DNA from: Eledone cirrhosa
Taxonomy: Eukaryota
Assembly (NCBI GenBank): GCA_964016885.1
Contig: OZ024741.1
Location: 221,030,001-221,094,000 of the forward strand
Length of the DNA: 64,000 nucleotides
Direction of reading: 5' to 3'
Positions 28,447 to 40,167 of the stretch are shown here, one piece after another. Position 1 is the first letter of the stretch. Each line of letters opens with the position of its first letter. A program made the translations under genes and the position numbers. The notes beneath the pieces were generated by a model. That model was not told where the DNA came from, did no database searches, and saw only the letters and a program-made list of their open reading frames with translations.

Positions 28447-29076
28447 TGAAATAATGTAACTCCAAACTAGGTAATGTATGAGAGGAAAGACAGGAAGGTC
28501 ATGGCTAAATCAGAAACCATTTTCTTTTTCCTCGAGAACCCGAACATTTTCTCGTTGTTCGGAAATCCCAACTTTTACTTCTTACCCGGAAATACGAATA
28601 TTTCCAATCGATTCGAAACACCCAACCATAAATCCTTGCCCAGAAATCCCATCATTCTATTTCTTGCTAAGAAGTACCAATACTTGAAAGTGGCTGTTTC
28701 AATAACTGTTAATACAACCAAGTAATTTGGGTAGACATTTCTGGAGCATTTCCACATCCAAAATGCAGGATCTTCTCACTCCTGTTGGAGGATCTCCACT
28801 GCGGATGGTTTTGTTCATATCAGGAGTGTAACCGTACTCACCACAGTTGACCAGTTATGTGTTGGTGAGACTATTTAACTCATAGCTGGGGTGAATGAAT
28901 TTGACTATGAGGAGTTCATCAACCCCTTTAACGGCTCTTGTTATTTTTTTGTGCTGTTGAGGTTCCATTAACCCTCCTCACCAGACCAGGGTCTGGTGGT
29001 GGAGCGGATTTATTCACCGACCACTCGACCATGAAGTGGGTTACATACCACTAACAACTATTCTCACTAAATCCTA

Positions 29077-29263
29077 ATAATTGTTTCTACTTTTGGCACA
29101 AGGCCAGCATTGACCCCAGTGTATTACTGGTGCTTTATTTTATCCACCCCGTAAGGATGAAATGCAAAGTTAACCTCGGCGGGATTTAAGCTCAGATCGT
29201 AACGGGCCGTAACTCTATGCTGCAAAGCATGGCGTCAGACCTTCTACCGCTACTGCCAATCCA
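29077..29263 (-). mobile_element. tRNA-derived SINE
   Basis: Same family as 20117-20300. Confidence 0.9.
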
Positions 29264-29384
29264 CAATGGCAACCAAATCTCCCTGTAAATCACAATTTAC
29301 TGTTGTAGTTGAGCCGGTTTAGTAGTCGACCACTCAACGATGAAGCAGGCTGTACTAGGCTGCATTGTACCAGTTGCAGACAGA

Positions 29385-31228
29385 AGCCTGACCTGACCAT
29401 GAAGCAGGTTGTACTGGGTTACATGGTATTAGTAGCAGGCAGAGGCCTGACCTGACCATGGAGCAGGTTGTACTGGGTTACATGGTATTAGTAGCAGGCA
29501 GAGGCCTGACCTGACCATGGAGCAGGTTGTACTGGGTTACATGGTATTAGTAGCAGGCAGAGGCCTGACCTGACCATGAAGCAGGTTGTACTGGGTTACA
29601 TGGTATTAGTAGCAGGCAGAGGCCTGACCTGACCATGGAGCAGGTTGTACTGGGTTACATGGTATTAGTAGCAGGCAGAGGCCTGACCTGACCATGAAGC
29701 AGGTTGTACTGGGTTACATGGTATTAGTAGCAGGCAGAGGCCTGACCTGACCATGGAGCAGGTTGTACTGGGTTACATGGTATTAGTAGCAGGCAGAGGC
29801 CTGACCTGACCATGAAGCAGGTTGTACTGGGTTACATGGTATTAGTAGCAGGCAGAGGCCTGACCTGACCATGGAGCAGGTTGTACTGGGTTACATGGTA
29901 TTAGTAGCAGGCAGAGGCCTGACCTGACCATGAAGCAGGTTGTACTGGGTTACATGGTATTAGTAGCAGGCAGAGGCCTGACCTGACCATGGAGCAGGTT
30001 GTACTGGGTTACATGGTATTAGTAGCAGGCAGAGGCCTGACCTGACCATGAAGCAGGTTGTACTGGGTTACATGGTATTAGTAGCAGGCAGAGGCCTGAC
30101 CTGACCATGGAGCAGGTTGTACTGGGTTACATGGTATTAGTAGCAGGCAGAGGCCTGACCTGACCATGAAGCAGGTTGTACTGGGTTACATGGTATTAGT
30201 AGCAGGCAGAGGCCTGACCTGACCATGGAGCAGGTTGTACTGGGTTACATGGTATTAGTAGCAGGCAGAGGCCTGACCTGACCATGGAGCAGGTTGTACT
30301 GGGTTACATGGTATTAGTAGCAGGCAGAGGCCTGACCTGACCATGGAGCAGGTTGTACTGGGTTACATGGTATTAGTAGCAGGCAGAGGCCTGACCTGAC
30401 CATGGAGCAGGTTGTACTGGGTTACATGGTATTAGTAGCAGGCAGAGGCCTGACCTGACCATGGAGCAGGTTGTACTGGGTTACATGGTATTAGTAGCAG
30501 GCAGAGGCCTGACCTGACCATGAAGCAGGTTGTACTGGGTTACATGGTATTAGTAGCAGGCAGAAGCTTGACCTGACCATGAAGCAGGTTGTACTGGGTT
30601 ACATGGTATTAGTAGCAGGCAGAGGCCTGACCTGACCATGGAGCAGGTTGTACTGGGTTACATGGTATTAGTAGCAGGCAGAGGCCTGACCTGACCATGA
30701 AGCAGGTTGTACTGGGTTACATGGTATTAGTAGCAGGCAGAGGCCTGACCTGACCATGGAGCAGGTTGTACTGGGTTACATGGTATTAGTAGCAGGCAGA
30801 AGCCTGACCTGACCATGAAGCAGGTTGTACTGGGTTACATGGTATTAGTAGCAGGCAGAGGCCTGACCTGACCATGGAGCAGGTTGTACTGGGTTACATG
30901 GTATTAGTAGCAGGCAGAGGCCTGACCTGACCATGGAGCAGGTTGTACTGGGTTACATGGTATTAGTAGCAGGCAGAGGCCTGACCTGACCATGGAGCAG
31001 GTTGTACTGGGTTACATGGTATTAGTAGCAGGCAGAGGCCTGACCTGACCATGGAGCAGGTTGTACTGGGTTACATGGTATTAGTAGCAGGCAGAGGCCT
31101 GACCTGACCATGGAGCAGGTTGTACTGGGTTACATGGTATTAGTAGCAGGCAGAGGCCTGACCTGACCATGGAGCAGGTTGTACTGGGTTACATGGTATT
31201 AGTAGCAGGCAGAGGCCTGACCTGACAT
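29385..31228. repeat. 59-bp tandem minisatellite, ~31 near-identical units
   Basis: GCAGGTTGTACTGGGTTACATGGTATTAGTAGCAGGCAGAGGCCTGACCTGACCATG(G/A)A. Confidence 0.97.
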
Positions 31229-31584
31229 ATGTGGACCTATAATCAAAATATAAACGAACAACTATCCATAATAAATGTATGTTATTTATCATATTACATG
31301 AGGCATTCACATTTTCTCCAAAGAAGACTTCTACTAGCAATAATAATTAGGATGTCCAACCAATATTCGTCGTCCTGAATATGATAAGGTTTGGTAGTTA
31401 CAGGGGGAGAAAACTCCAAAGTTGACCTCTGCGGGATTGGAACTCAGAGCGAGGCAGAAACCTTGTAATACAGAGTTACAACATCTTCGTTCGGTTCATG
31501 AAAATATTGCCTTTAACCTTGATAAGAACATGCCAACATGTCTCGCAGAGACATACTACTGTAAGAGTGAGGGGGGTGGGGGGG

Positions 31585-32580
31585 TGTATGTGTGTATGTA
31601 TGGATGGATGGATATATGTATGTATGGATGGATGGATGGATATATGTATCTATGTATGGATGGATGGATATATGTATGTATGTATGGATGGATGGATATA
31701 TGTATGTATGTATGGATGGATGGATATATGTATGTATGGATGGATGGATGGATATATGTATGTATGGATGGATGGATGGATATATGTATGTATGGATGTA
31801 TGGATGGATGGATGGATATATGTATGTATGGATGGATGGATGGATATATGTATGTATGGATGGGTGGATGGATATATGTATGTATGGATGGATGGATATA
31901 TGTATGTATGGATGGATGGATATATGTATGTATGTATGTATGGATGGATGGATATATGTATGTATGTATGGATGGATGGATATATGTATGTATAGATGGA
32001 TGGATGGATATATGTATGTATGTATGGATGGATGGATATATGTATGTATGGATGGATGGATGGATATATGTATGTATGTATGGATGGATGGATATATGTA
32101 TGTATGGATGGATGGATGGATATATGTATGTATGTATGGATGGATGGATATATGTATGTATGTATGGATGGATGGATATATGTATGTATGTATGGATGGA
32201 TGGATATATGTATGTATGGATGGATGGATGGATATATGTATGTATGGATGTATGGATGGATGGATGGATATATGTATGTATGGATGGATGGATGGATATA
32301 TGTGTGTATGGATGGATGGATGGATATATGTGTGTATGTATGGATGGATGGATATATGTATGTATGGATGGATGGATGGATATATGTATGTATAGATGGA
32401 TGGATGGATATATGTATGTATGTATGGATGGATGGATATATGTGTGTATGTATGGATGGATGGATATATGTGTGTATGTATGGATGGATGGATATATGTG
32501 TGTATGTATGGATGGATGGATATATGTATGTATGGATGGATGGATGGATATATGTATGTATGGATATATGTATGTATGTA
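31585..32580. repeat. Compound (ATGG)/(ATGT)/(ATAT) tetranucleotide microsatellite
   Basis: Directly visible; explains the [16 protein letters not shown] ORFs. Confidence 0.95.
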
Positions 32581-32702
32581 AGGATATACGGATGGGTGCA
32601 TGGATGTATGGATGGATGCGAGTATGTATGGCTATATATTTATGCATATATGCATACATATAGGTATTTATGCGTGCATGCATGTATCTGCATACGCCTG
32701 AA

Positions 32703-32821
<119 letters not shown>

Positions 32822-32857
32822 ATATATATATACGTATATATATACATATATATATAA

Positions 32858-32913
<56 letters not shown>

Positions 32914-32923
32914 AGATATATAT

Positions 32924-33334
32924 ATATTGTTATACTTTGGGAGGGTCATGTTGCCAATAAGAAACACAGGCACCAGTTGCTTTCACTTCAATTTATTATA
33001 ATAAATTTATAAATTTAGGAATTTATAAATTTCCGGTTGGTTGGTTTGTTCTGTCCTACGCCATCTTGTTTTTGACAAAAACAAGATGGCGTAGGACAGA
33101 ACAAAGGAGAGGTACAAAAACAAAGAAAAGAATCCCCAGTCACTGAAGAGGTCACAGAATGTGTGACGAAAGAACTTTGACAATATATAAACAATCATCT
33201 GGTTGTGGAACCAACCAACCAACCGGAAATTTATAAATTCCTAAATTTATAAATTTATTATAATAAATTCAAGTGAACCAACTGGTGCGTGTGTTTCTTA
33301 TTGGCAACATGACCCTCCCAAAGTATAACAATAT
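32924..33334 (+). mobile_element. Nested fold-back element of the Penelope pLTR family seen at 16.8-17.0 kb
   Basis: Outer arms ~32924-33050/33209-33334, inner perfect 30-bp hairpin 33045-33105, hammerhead-like motif 33139-33181, terminus TGACCCTCCCAAAGTATAACAAT. Confidence 0.75.
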
Positions 33335-33467
33335 CGGTTTCAACACACGTTTTCAGATAAAGAATCTTGCTAAACAAATTCAGAAACGAAATATATATAT
33401 ATATAAAGTAACAATAATAAATGTGAAGGCTAAAATCCAAAAAGATATATACACACACACACACACA

Positions 33468-33512
<45 letters not shown>

Positions 33513-33729
33513 ATGTGTGTGTGTGGACCGGGTTCACCAATAAATGAGTAATAGCAGAAGAGAGTTTTATTGGGGGTTGAAATAACTATTAAAGGCCGAT
33601 ATAAAATGTTGAGCCGTTATTTTTAAGCTCAGAACTTATGTAAATACAGAGACGTGATTGATGTCCATATGATTCCTTATCGTCGCTTCAAATAGATTTC
33701 TACACATCGTGCTGTATACACACTTCCAT

Positions 33730-34650
33730 ATTGTCTCTGTGAGTGTGTTTGGCCGTGTTAGTGTGTGTGAGCGTGTGTTTCTGTGTGTGTAGAGAGAGAG
33801 ATATGTGTGTCTGTATGAGTGTGTTAGTGTATGAGTGTGTTTATATGATTCCTTATCGTGGCTTCAAATATATTTCTACACACCACAGTGTATACACACT
33901 TGCATAGTGTCTGTGTGGGAATGTTAGTGGGTGTGTGTGCGTGTGTGTGCGTGAGGTGTGTGTGTCTGTGTGTGAGCGTGTATGTGTGTAGAGAGTGATA
34001 TGTGAGTGTGTCCGTGTGAGTCTGTTAGTGTGTGTGTGTTTGTGTGTGTGTGTGCGTGAGGTGTGTGTGTCTGTGTGTGAGCGTGTATGTGTCTGTGTGT
34101 AGAGAGAGATCTGTGAGTGTGTCTGTGTGAGTCTGTTAGTGTGTGTGTGTGTGTGAGGTGTGTGTGTCTGTGTGTGAGCGTGTATGTGTCTGTGCGTGTA
34201 GAGAGAGATCTGTGTGTGTGTGTTTGTGTGAGATGTGTATGTGTGTGTCTGTGTGAGTGTGCTTGTGTGTGTGTGAGATGTGTGTGTGTGTCTGTGTGAG
34301 GGTGTTAGTGTATGAGTGTGTTTTGTGTATGTGTGAGTTGTGTGTGTGTGTGTCTTTGTGAATGTATGAATGTGTTTGTGTGTGTGTGTGAGCTGTGTAT
34401 GTCTGTGTGAGCGCTTGTGCATCTGTGTGTATGTGTGTGTGTATGCATGTCAGTGTATGCATGTGAGTGTGTGTCTGTGTGTGTGTTAGTGCATGTTTGT
34501 GGATGGGTGTCTGTGTGTGTGTTTGTGTGTATCTATGTCTGTGGAAGTGTGTGAGTGTGTGTGTTTGTGTGTATGTCTGTGAGTGTGTGTGTTTGTGTGT
34601 GTGTCTGTGTGTTTGTGTATGTGTATGCATGTGTATGTGTGTGTGTTTGA
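33730..34650. repeat. Degenerate (GT)n-rich tract
   Basis: Directly visible. Confidence 0.9.
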
Positions 34651-34654
34651 GGAG

Positions 34655-35029
34655 GTACGTGGTTTGTTGGTTAATGTGTTCGGCACACAACTGCGAGGTC
34701 GCGAGTTCGATTCCTAGTCACTCCATTATATCCTTCAGTAAGACACTTTATTTCACCTTGTTACAGTCCACTCATTTGATAAAAGTCAGTTGTACCTGTA
34801 ATTCAATGGGAACGAACCTCAGGTCAACCAATGTCTTGTGAGTAAAATTTGGTAGACGGGAAAGGTTTCGATCTGAAATTACCTGTTTTGTCACACACTT
34901 TGTCACGCTGAATCTCCCTGAGAACTACATTAAAGGTACACGTGTCTGTGGAAAGTTCAGTCACTTCCATTCTAATTTCGCGAGCAGCGAGTTCCGTTGA
35001 TCGCATTAATTAGAACACTCGTCGCCATC

Positions 35030-35030
<1 letters not shown>
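34655..35030 (+). mobile_element. tRNA-derived SINE, second family
   Basis: A/B-box-like head TGGTTAATGTGTTCGG..GCGAGTTCGATTCC followed by TCCTTCAGTAAGACACTTTATTTCAC central domain. Confidence 0.7.
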
Positions 35031-35067
<37 letters not shown>

Positions 35068-35124
35068 GAGTATCTGTTTTTATGTACATTTGCATGTGTT
35101 AACATAAGTATGTTTTCCTTATAT

Positions 35125-35450
35125 AAGGTCACAAATTGACAGAGTCGTTAAAACGTCAGATAGAATACTTTGCCGTATTCCAGCTCTGCTCTTTCAGTTC
35201 AAATCCCATCGAGGTCAACTTTTCGAGGTCGATAAAAAATGTACCAATCAAATACTGGGGTCGATTATTCTTCTACATCTCTTTCTCACTTCCATTCTCT
35301 CATTCTCTAACCTTCTCTGGGAGAAATCTGCTGTATTCAGACCTGGAGAGGAGATGGGCTCTGTCAGGCTTTTAAAAACTGCCCTAGAAACGCCGTATGT
35401 CAATATTGCGTCCCTACGTGACCCTCGGGAGTTATGGGACCATAGATACA
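35125..35450 (+). mobile_element. Long-tail variant of the main SINE
   Basis: SINE head and central domain, then TCTGCTGTATTCAGACCTGGAGAGGAGATGGGCTC..GGGAGTTATGGGACCATA; also at 58330-58660(-), 60866-61178(+), 63027-63344(+). Confidence 0.8.
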
Positions 35451-35519
35451 AAGTACTGGGGCGGCAAATTAGTGAAGTTGTTAGAACGTCTGTTTAGATA
35501 CCTTACTGTATTTCATCCT

Positions 35520-35830
35520 ACTAATAACCCTTCTGATACTAAACCACATCATCCATGTGCATCACATGTCTACACCAGCGCAGTCTTCTCTCTTGCAGGC
35601 TATGTCGGATTCTTCTTACACCCAGTTTCTCTCTCAGTTCACTCATGCTATGGTGTTCTCTCATATTAACATTACACCCCCATCGACGCATGCTTGCCTC
35701 ATTTCTCTCCAGCCTATGCATGCGGTCTGCAGTCATTCCCCGTGTTTCCCTACAATGCGGCAACACATAACACACATAGACATCACCGAGCTGACATTTC
35801 TTTCGCAGGGAGAAACCTTTCGTTGTCAAC
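35520..35830 (-). mobile_element. RTE-clade LINE fragment
   Basis: ET..MT...HRLERNEASMRRW.CNV..ELREKLGVRRI..LQERRLRW.RHVMHMD. Confidence 0.8.
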
Positions 35831-35844
35831 AGAGGTAGTTCCTT

Positions 35845-36968
35845 GCTAATTATATCACCTTAGTAGCAGAAGCTATCAACCAGACCCGGATTTGATTGAA
35901 AACGTGACCCGGATAGTAACACTGAAGCAACATCTTCAACAGAGGAAAAAGGTTGGCAACCATCTTGCCCAGGTTTATGAGCATGAAAAATAAAATATCA
36001 TTAGAATAGCGACTGATCTGGAGGAGAGATATGGAATAAAGCCTGATATAAATCTCTCACCCAGAGAAATCGGAAGATCCTATTCAATGTTCAAACAAGA
36101 TAAAAAAAATTGACCAATTTGCAGAAAAGGTTGTGCATGGATACTTGAGACGTAAAACACAGACCATAGAGGGGATAAACCACTCAAAAAGCCTGTCATG
36201 GAGTTCCGACAGGTTTATGACATCACACCTTGAGGGATATCTCTATGCAATACAGGAACAAGAACTCCCTACCAAATATCTGCTGCACAAAAGGGGAGGG
36301 CCATCAGCTAACAATAAAAGTAGGCTATGTAAAACAAAGATCGAGGATGTAAGCCACATTGTTGCCAGCTGCGAAAGAATGTCATCTCGCTACTACCTCC
36401 CCATGAGACACGATGGGATAGCTAGAACCATCTGGAACGCACTTCGGAAAACAAAATTAACAAACGATGAAGAATATATTGAGACAGATGGCACTAAGGA
36501 ATACTGGTGGAACCTGAAAATAAAAACTGCCACCAAATTAAAGCACAACCGGCCTGACATTGTTGTTTGGGACCACACATTGAAAACGTGTCTGTTGTGG
36601 AGATCAGCTACCCACTTGATGTAAAGGTTGTCAGAAAAATACAGGAGAAGGAGGACATCTACGGACCATTGATGAGGAGTTTACAAATCCAGTATCCAAG
36701 ATACACCTTTAGCTTCATACCCATCATTATTGGAACTACGGGTTATATACCAACCCGCTTGGACCAAAGTATGACTGAACTTGGATTTGCGGACAAAGAG
36801 CGCAGCTCCCTAATTCATAGTTTACAAATGGCTGCGATAGCTGGCACCTTCAAAATTTGCAAAACATTCTTGCGATTCAAGGGATGACAATTTCTTTTCT
36901 TTTACAACCGTGCCACTATGAAGGTGGCCGGTCAAAAAAATATACTCGAAATTAAGAGAAAGAGATAA
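35845..36968 (+). mobile_element. R4/Dong-type LINE, second family, 5'-truncated 3' fragment (RLE domain)
   Basis: HGYLRR..YAIQEQELPTKY..RLC..EDVSHIVASC..YYLPMRHD..HNRPDIVVWD..VEIS.P; ends in (CATA)n at 36969. Confidence 0.9.
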
Positions 36969-37116
36969 CATATACATACATACATACATACATACATACA
37001 TACATACATACATACATACATACATACAGATATGATGGCTGCCCCCTCGTTATCGAGTATGTCCATTGCACGAAAAAAACAAAACATAATAATAATAACA
37101 ATAATAATAATAACGA

Positions 37117-37158
37117 TTTCATTTATTAGCCACAAGGGCCGACATGTAGGTGACAATA
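37117..37158 (-). mobile_element. Short 3' tail of a Tx1-type LINE
   Basis: Reverse complement TATTGTCACCTACATGTCGGCCCTTGTGGCTAATAAATGAA resembles the 3' end at 63740-63780. Confidence 0.6.
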
Positions 37159-37254
37159 ATAACAACAATAATAATAACGAGATCAACAACAATAATAATA
37201 AACATATATATATATATATATACACACGCGCACACACATAAACATATCTACACA

Positions 37255-38192
37255 CACACGCGACAGCAATTAACAGCGCTGCGATCGAATGTGACTTTTT
37301 AGCCCAGCCAATGATCTAAAATGTCTTGCACAGAGTTGGCAACCAAAACATTCACTGAGAATAGCCGGCTGTGGTTGGAGTTCATGTACTTTTGCATGTC
37401 GTTTGAGCTTCCTGCTGATTTACATTCTCTACCACATGCTTGGCAAGCATGATGAGTAGCATCTCCAACAGAAAGCCTGGTAGTCAACCACTGGTCTTAC
37501 TTTATGACTGCGAAGATGACTTTCGAGTCCAGCACGCTGCATGTCAGCACCATAGGAGGACCCTCGCCGTCTGGAAGTGCAACAGCAATACCCTTCCTCA
37601 CATCCCGCTTTACTTTCTCGTATGCGATTCGAGATGCCTCAAAGGCAACTTTTTCCTCATATATAGTCTTTCTCAATTTATTATGATCAGCAGCAATATT
37701 TTCCCATGTATCAGCAGAGATGTTAGCGTCTTTCAAGGAATCCTTATACCTCTTTTTTGGTTTATGTGGCGGTTGTTTTACATTAACTAACTCTCCATAA
37801 AAGAGTTGTTTTGGTATTCTAGAATCCTTCATCCTGGCAAGGTGACCACTCCAACGGAGTCGTTGCTTAAGCACAAGAGCTTATATACTTGTCACACAGA
37901 GAGCTTTCCAAAATCTCGACATCACTGATGTGGTCCCCCCAGTGAACGCGATGGATCCGTCTGAGACACATCTGATGGAAACGCTCCAATAGCTTATGGT
38001 GGCGTCGATATGTGACCCAGGTCTCGCAGGCATAAAGAAGAGAAGAGAGCACGCATGCCTTGTACACCTTTACCTTTGTCTTCTTGCATATGTCTCGCCG
38101 ACCCCAGAGTCGCCTTTCTAGCTTTCCGAAAGCATCACTTGCTTTCCTAATCCTGAGTGGGATTTCACTGTCAAGCTTGCTGTATCGATTGA
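37255..38192 (-). mobile_element. RTE (BovB-like) LINE 3' fragment with a C-terminal Zn-finger remnant
   Basis: RIRKASDAFGKL..TKVKVYKACVLSSLLYACETW..LERFHQMCLRRI; QRLRWSGHLARMKDSRIPKQLFYGEL; CQACGREC. Confidence 0.9.
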
Positions 38193-38330
38193 CATACATA
38201 TATGCATACATACATACATATATACATATATACATACATACATTACATACATACATGCATACATACATACATATATACATACATAAATACATACATACAT
38301 GCATACATACACACATACATACATACATAC

Positions 38331-38654
38331 AGAAAGAACACAATTAGTTAGGAAATTACAAGTACAATCCATTAATGGAACAGTAAAAATATGTAAAACA
38401 TTCCAAAAAGTTTGCATCTAATAACTGCATATACACATGTACAGATAGATACAAAGCATATATACATGCACACATACAACTCAAAACATACACATCCACA
38501 CATACAATAACATCCATATCTACACATGCATGCAGACATACATATCTACCTAGTTGATGTTGTGTAAATTCCAATGAGAGAGTCTTGTGTCTATGTTAGA
38601 AACCGACTCTCTTTCTATTGGGAAAACTTTGTGAAATTATAAAACCAGAAGAAC
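38331..38654 (+). mobile_element. 3' end of the R4/Dong-type LINE (family of 21.2-25.3 kb)
   Basis: LVRKLQVQSINGTVKICKTFQKVCI* plus the same 3' UTR; (CATA)n on both sides. Confidence 0.9.
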
Positions 38655-38945
38655 ATACATACATACATACACTAACACAGATACATACATACATACATAT
38701 ATACATACATACATACATACAAACATACATACATACATACACTAACACAGATACATACATACATATATACATACATACATACAAACATACATACATACAT
38801 ACACACATACATACATACATACATACATACATACATACATACATACATACTTACACACATACATACACACATACATACATACATACATACATACATACAT
38901 ACATACATACATACATACATACATACATACATACATACATACATA

Positions 38946-39640
38946 CAGCTGCACAAAAGAGGAGGGCCAGCAGCTGACAATAAATGTAGGCTATGTAAAG
39001 CAAAGATCGAAGATGGAAGCCACATTGTTGCCAGCTGCGAAAAATGTCATCTCGCTACTACCTCCCCATGAGACACGATGGGATAGCTAGAACCATCTGG
39101 AACGCACTTCGGAAAACAAAATTAACAACAAACGAGGAAGAATATATTGAGACAGATGGCACTAAGGAATACTGGTGGAACCTGAAAATAAAAACTGCCA
39201 CCAAATTAAAGCACAACCGGCCTGATATTGTAGTTTGGGATCACACATTGAAAACGTGTTATGTTGTGGAGATCAGCTGCCCACTTGATGTAAACGTTGT
39301 CAGAAAAATACAGGAGAAGGAGGACATCTATGGACCATTGATAAGGAGTTTACAAATCCAGTATCCAAGATACATCTTTAGCTTCATACCCATCATTATT
39401 GGTGCTACGGGTTATATACCAACCCACTTGGACCAAAAGTATGACTGAACTTGGATTTGCGGACAAAAAGCGCAGCTCCCTAATTCATAGTCTACAAATT
39501 GCTGCGATAGCTGGCACCTTCAAAATTTGCAAAACATTCTTGCGATTCAAGGGATGACAATTTCTTTTCTTTTACAACCTTGCCACCAGGAAGGTGGCCG
39601 GTCAAAAAAATATACTCGAAATTAAGAGAAAGAGAAAACA
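38946..39640 (+). mobile_element. R4/Dong-type LINE, second family, 3' fragment
   Basis: Near-identical to 36280-36968; CRLC..H..C, RPDI, EISCP. Confidence 0.9.
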
Positions 39641-39811
39641 TACATAGGCATACGTAAGTACAAACATACTCGCAGTTCCCTCATAAACAGAATTTGTAAA
39701 TAGACGCATGCACACACTCACACATACACGTGCATATGTATACACACAAACACACTAACACATAACTACACACATACACACGCACAGATTTACATACACA
39801 TAGAGGGGAGA

Positions 39812-39870
<59 letters not shown>

Positions 39871-39965
39871 GAGAATGTGTGTGTGAGAGAGACGCATTGA
39901 GAGAGATAGACAAACCGTGGGGAAGACAGAGGGAAAGAGTGAAGATAATGAGAGGGAGGGAGGAA

Positions 39966-40039
<74 letters not shown>

Positions 40040-40167
40040 CGAGAGAGTGACGGACAGACAAGCGAGACACGAGAGAGGGAGGTGGGGGAGAAGAGAGAGA
40101 CACAGAGACAGACTGAAATGAGAGACAGAGTGTGAGAGAAAGAGAAAAGTGAGAGAAACAGATAGAT

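Noticed and set aside
28880-28970. Peptide NPFNGSCYFF (+), C-type-lectin-like, and IHPSYELNSL (-), trypsin-like
   Set aside because: Very short resemblances followed by in-frame stops; no supporting neighbouring exons
29385-31228. CRISPR-like or retrozyme-like array
   Set aside because: No unique spacers, eukaryotic context, no cas genes, and no CUGANGA/GAAA core on either strand
34660-34720. tRNA gene
   Set aside because: A/B-box-like head without a cloverleaf, continuing into a SINE body; likewise 1-22 and 215-250 on the minus strand
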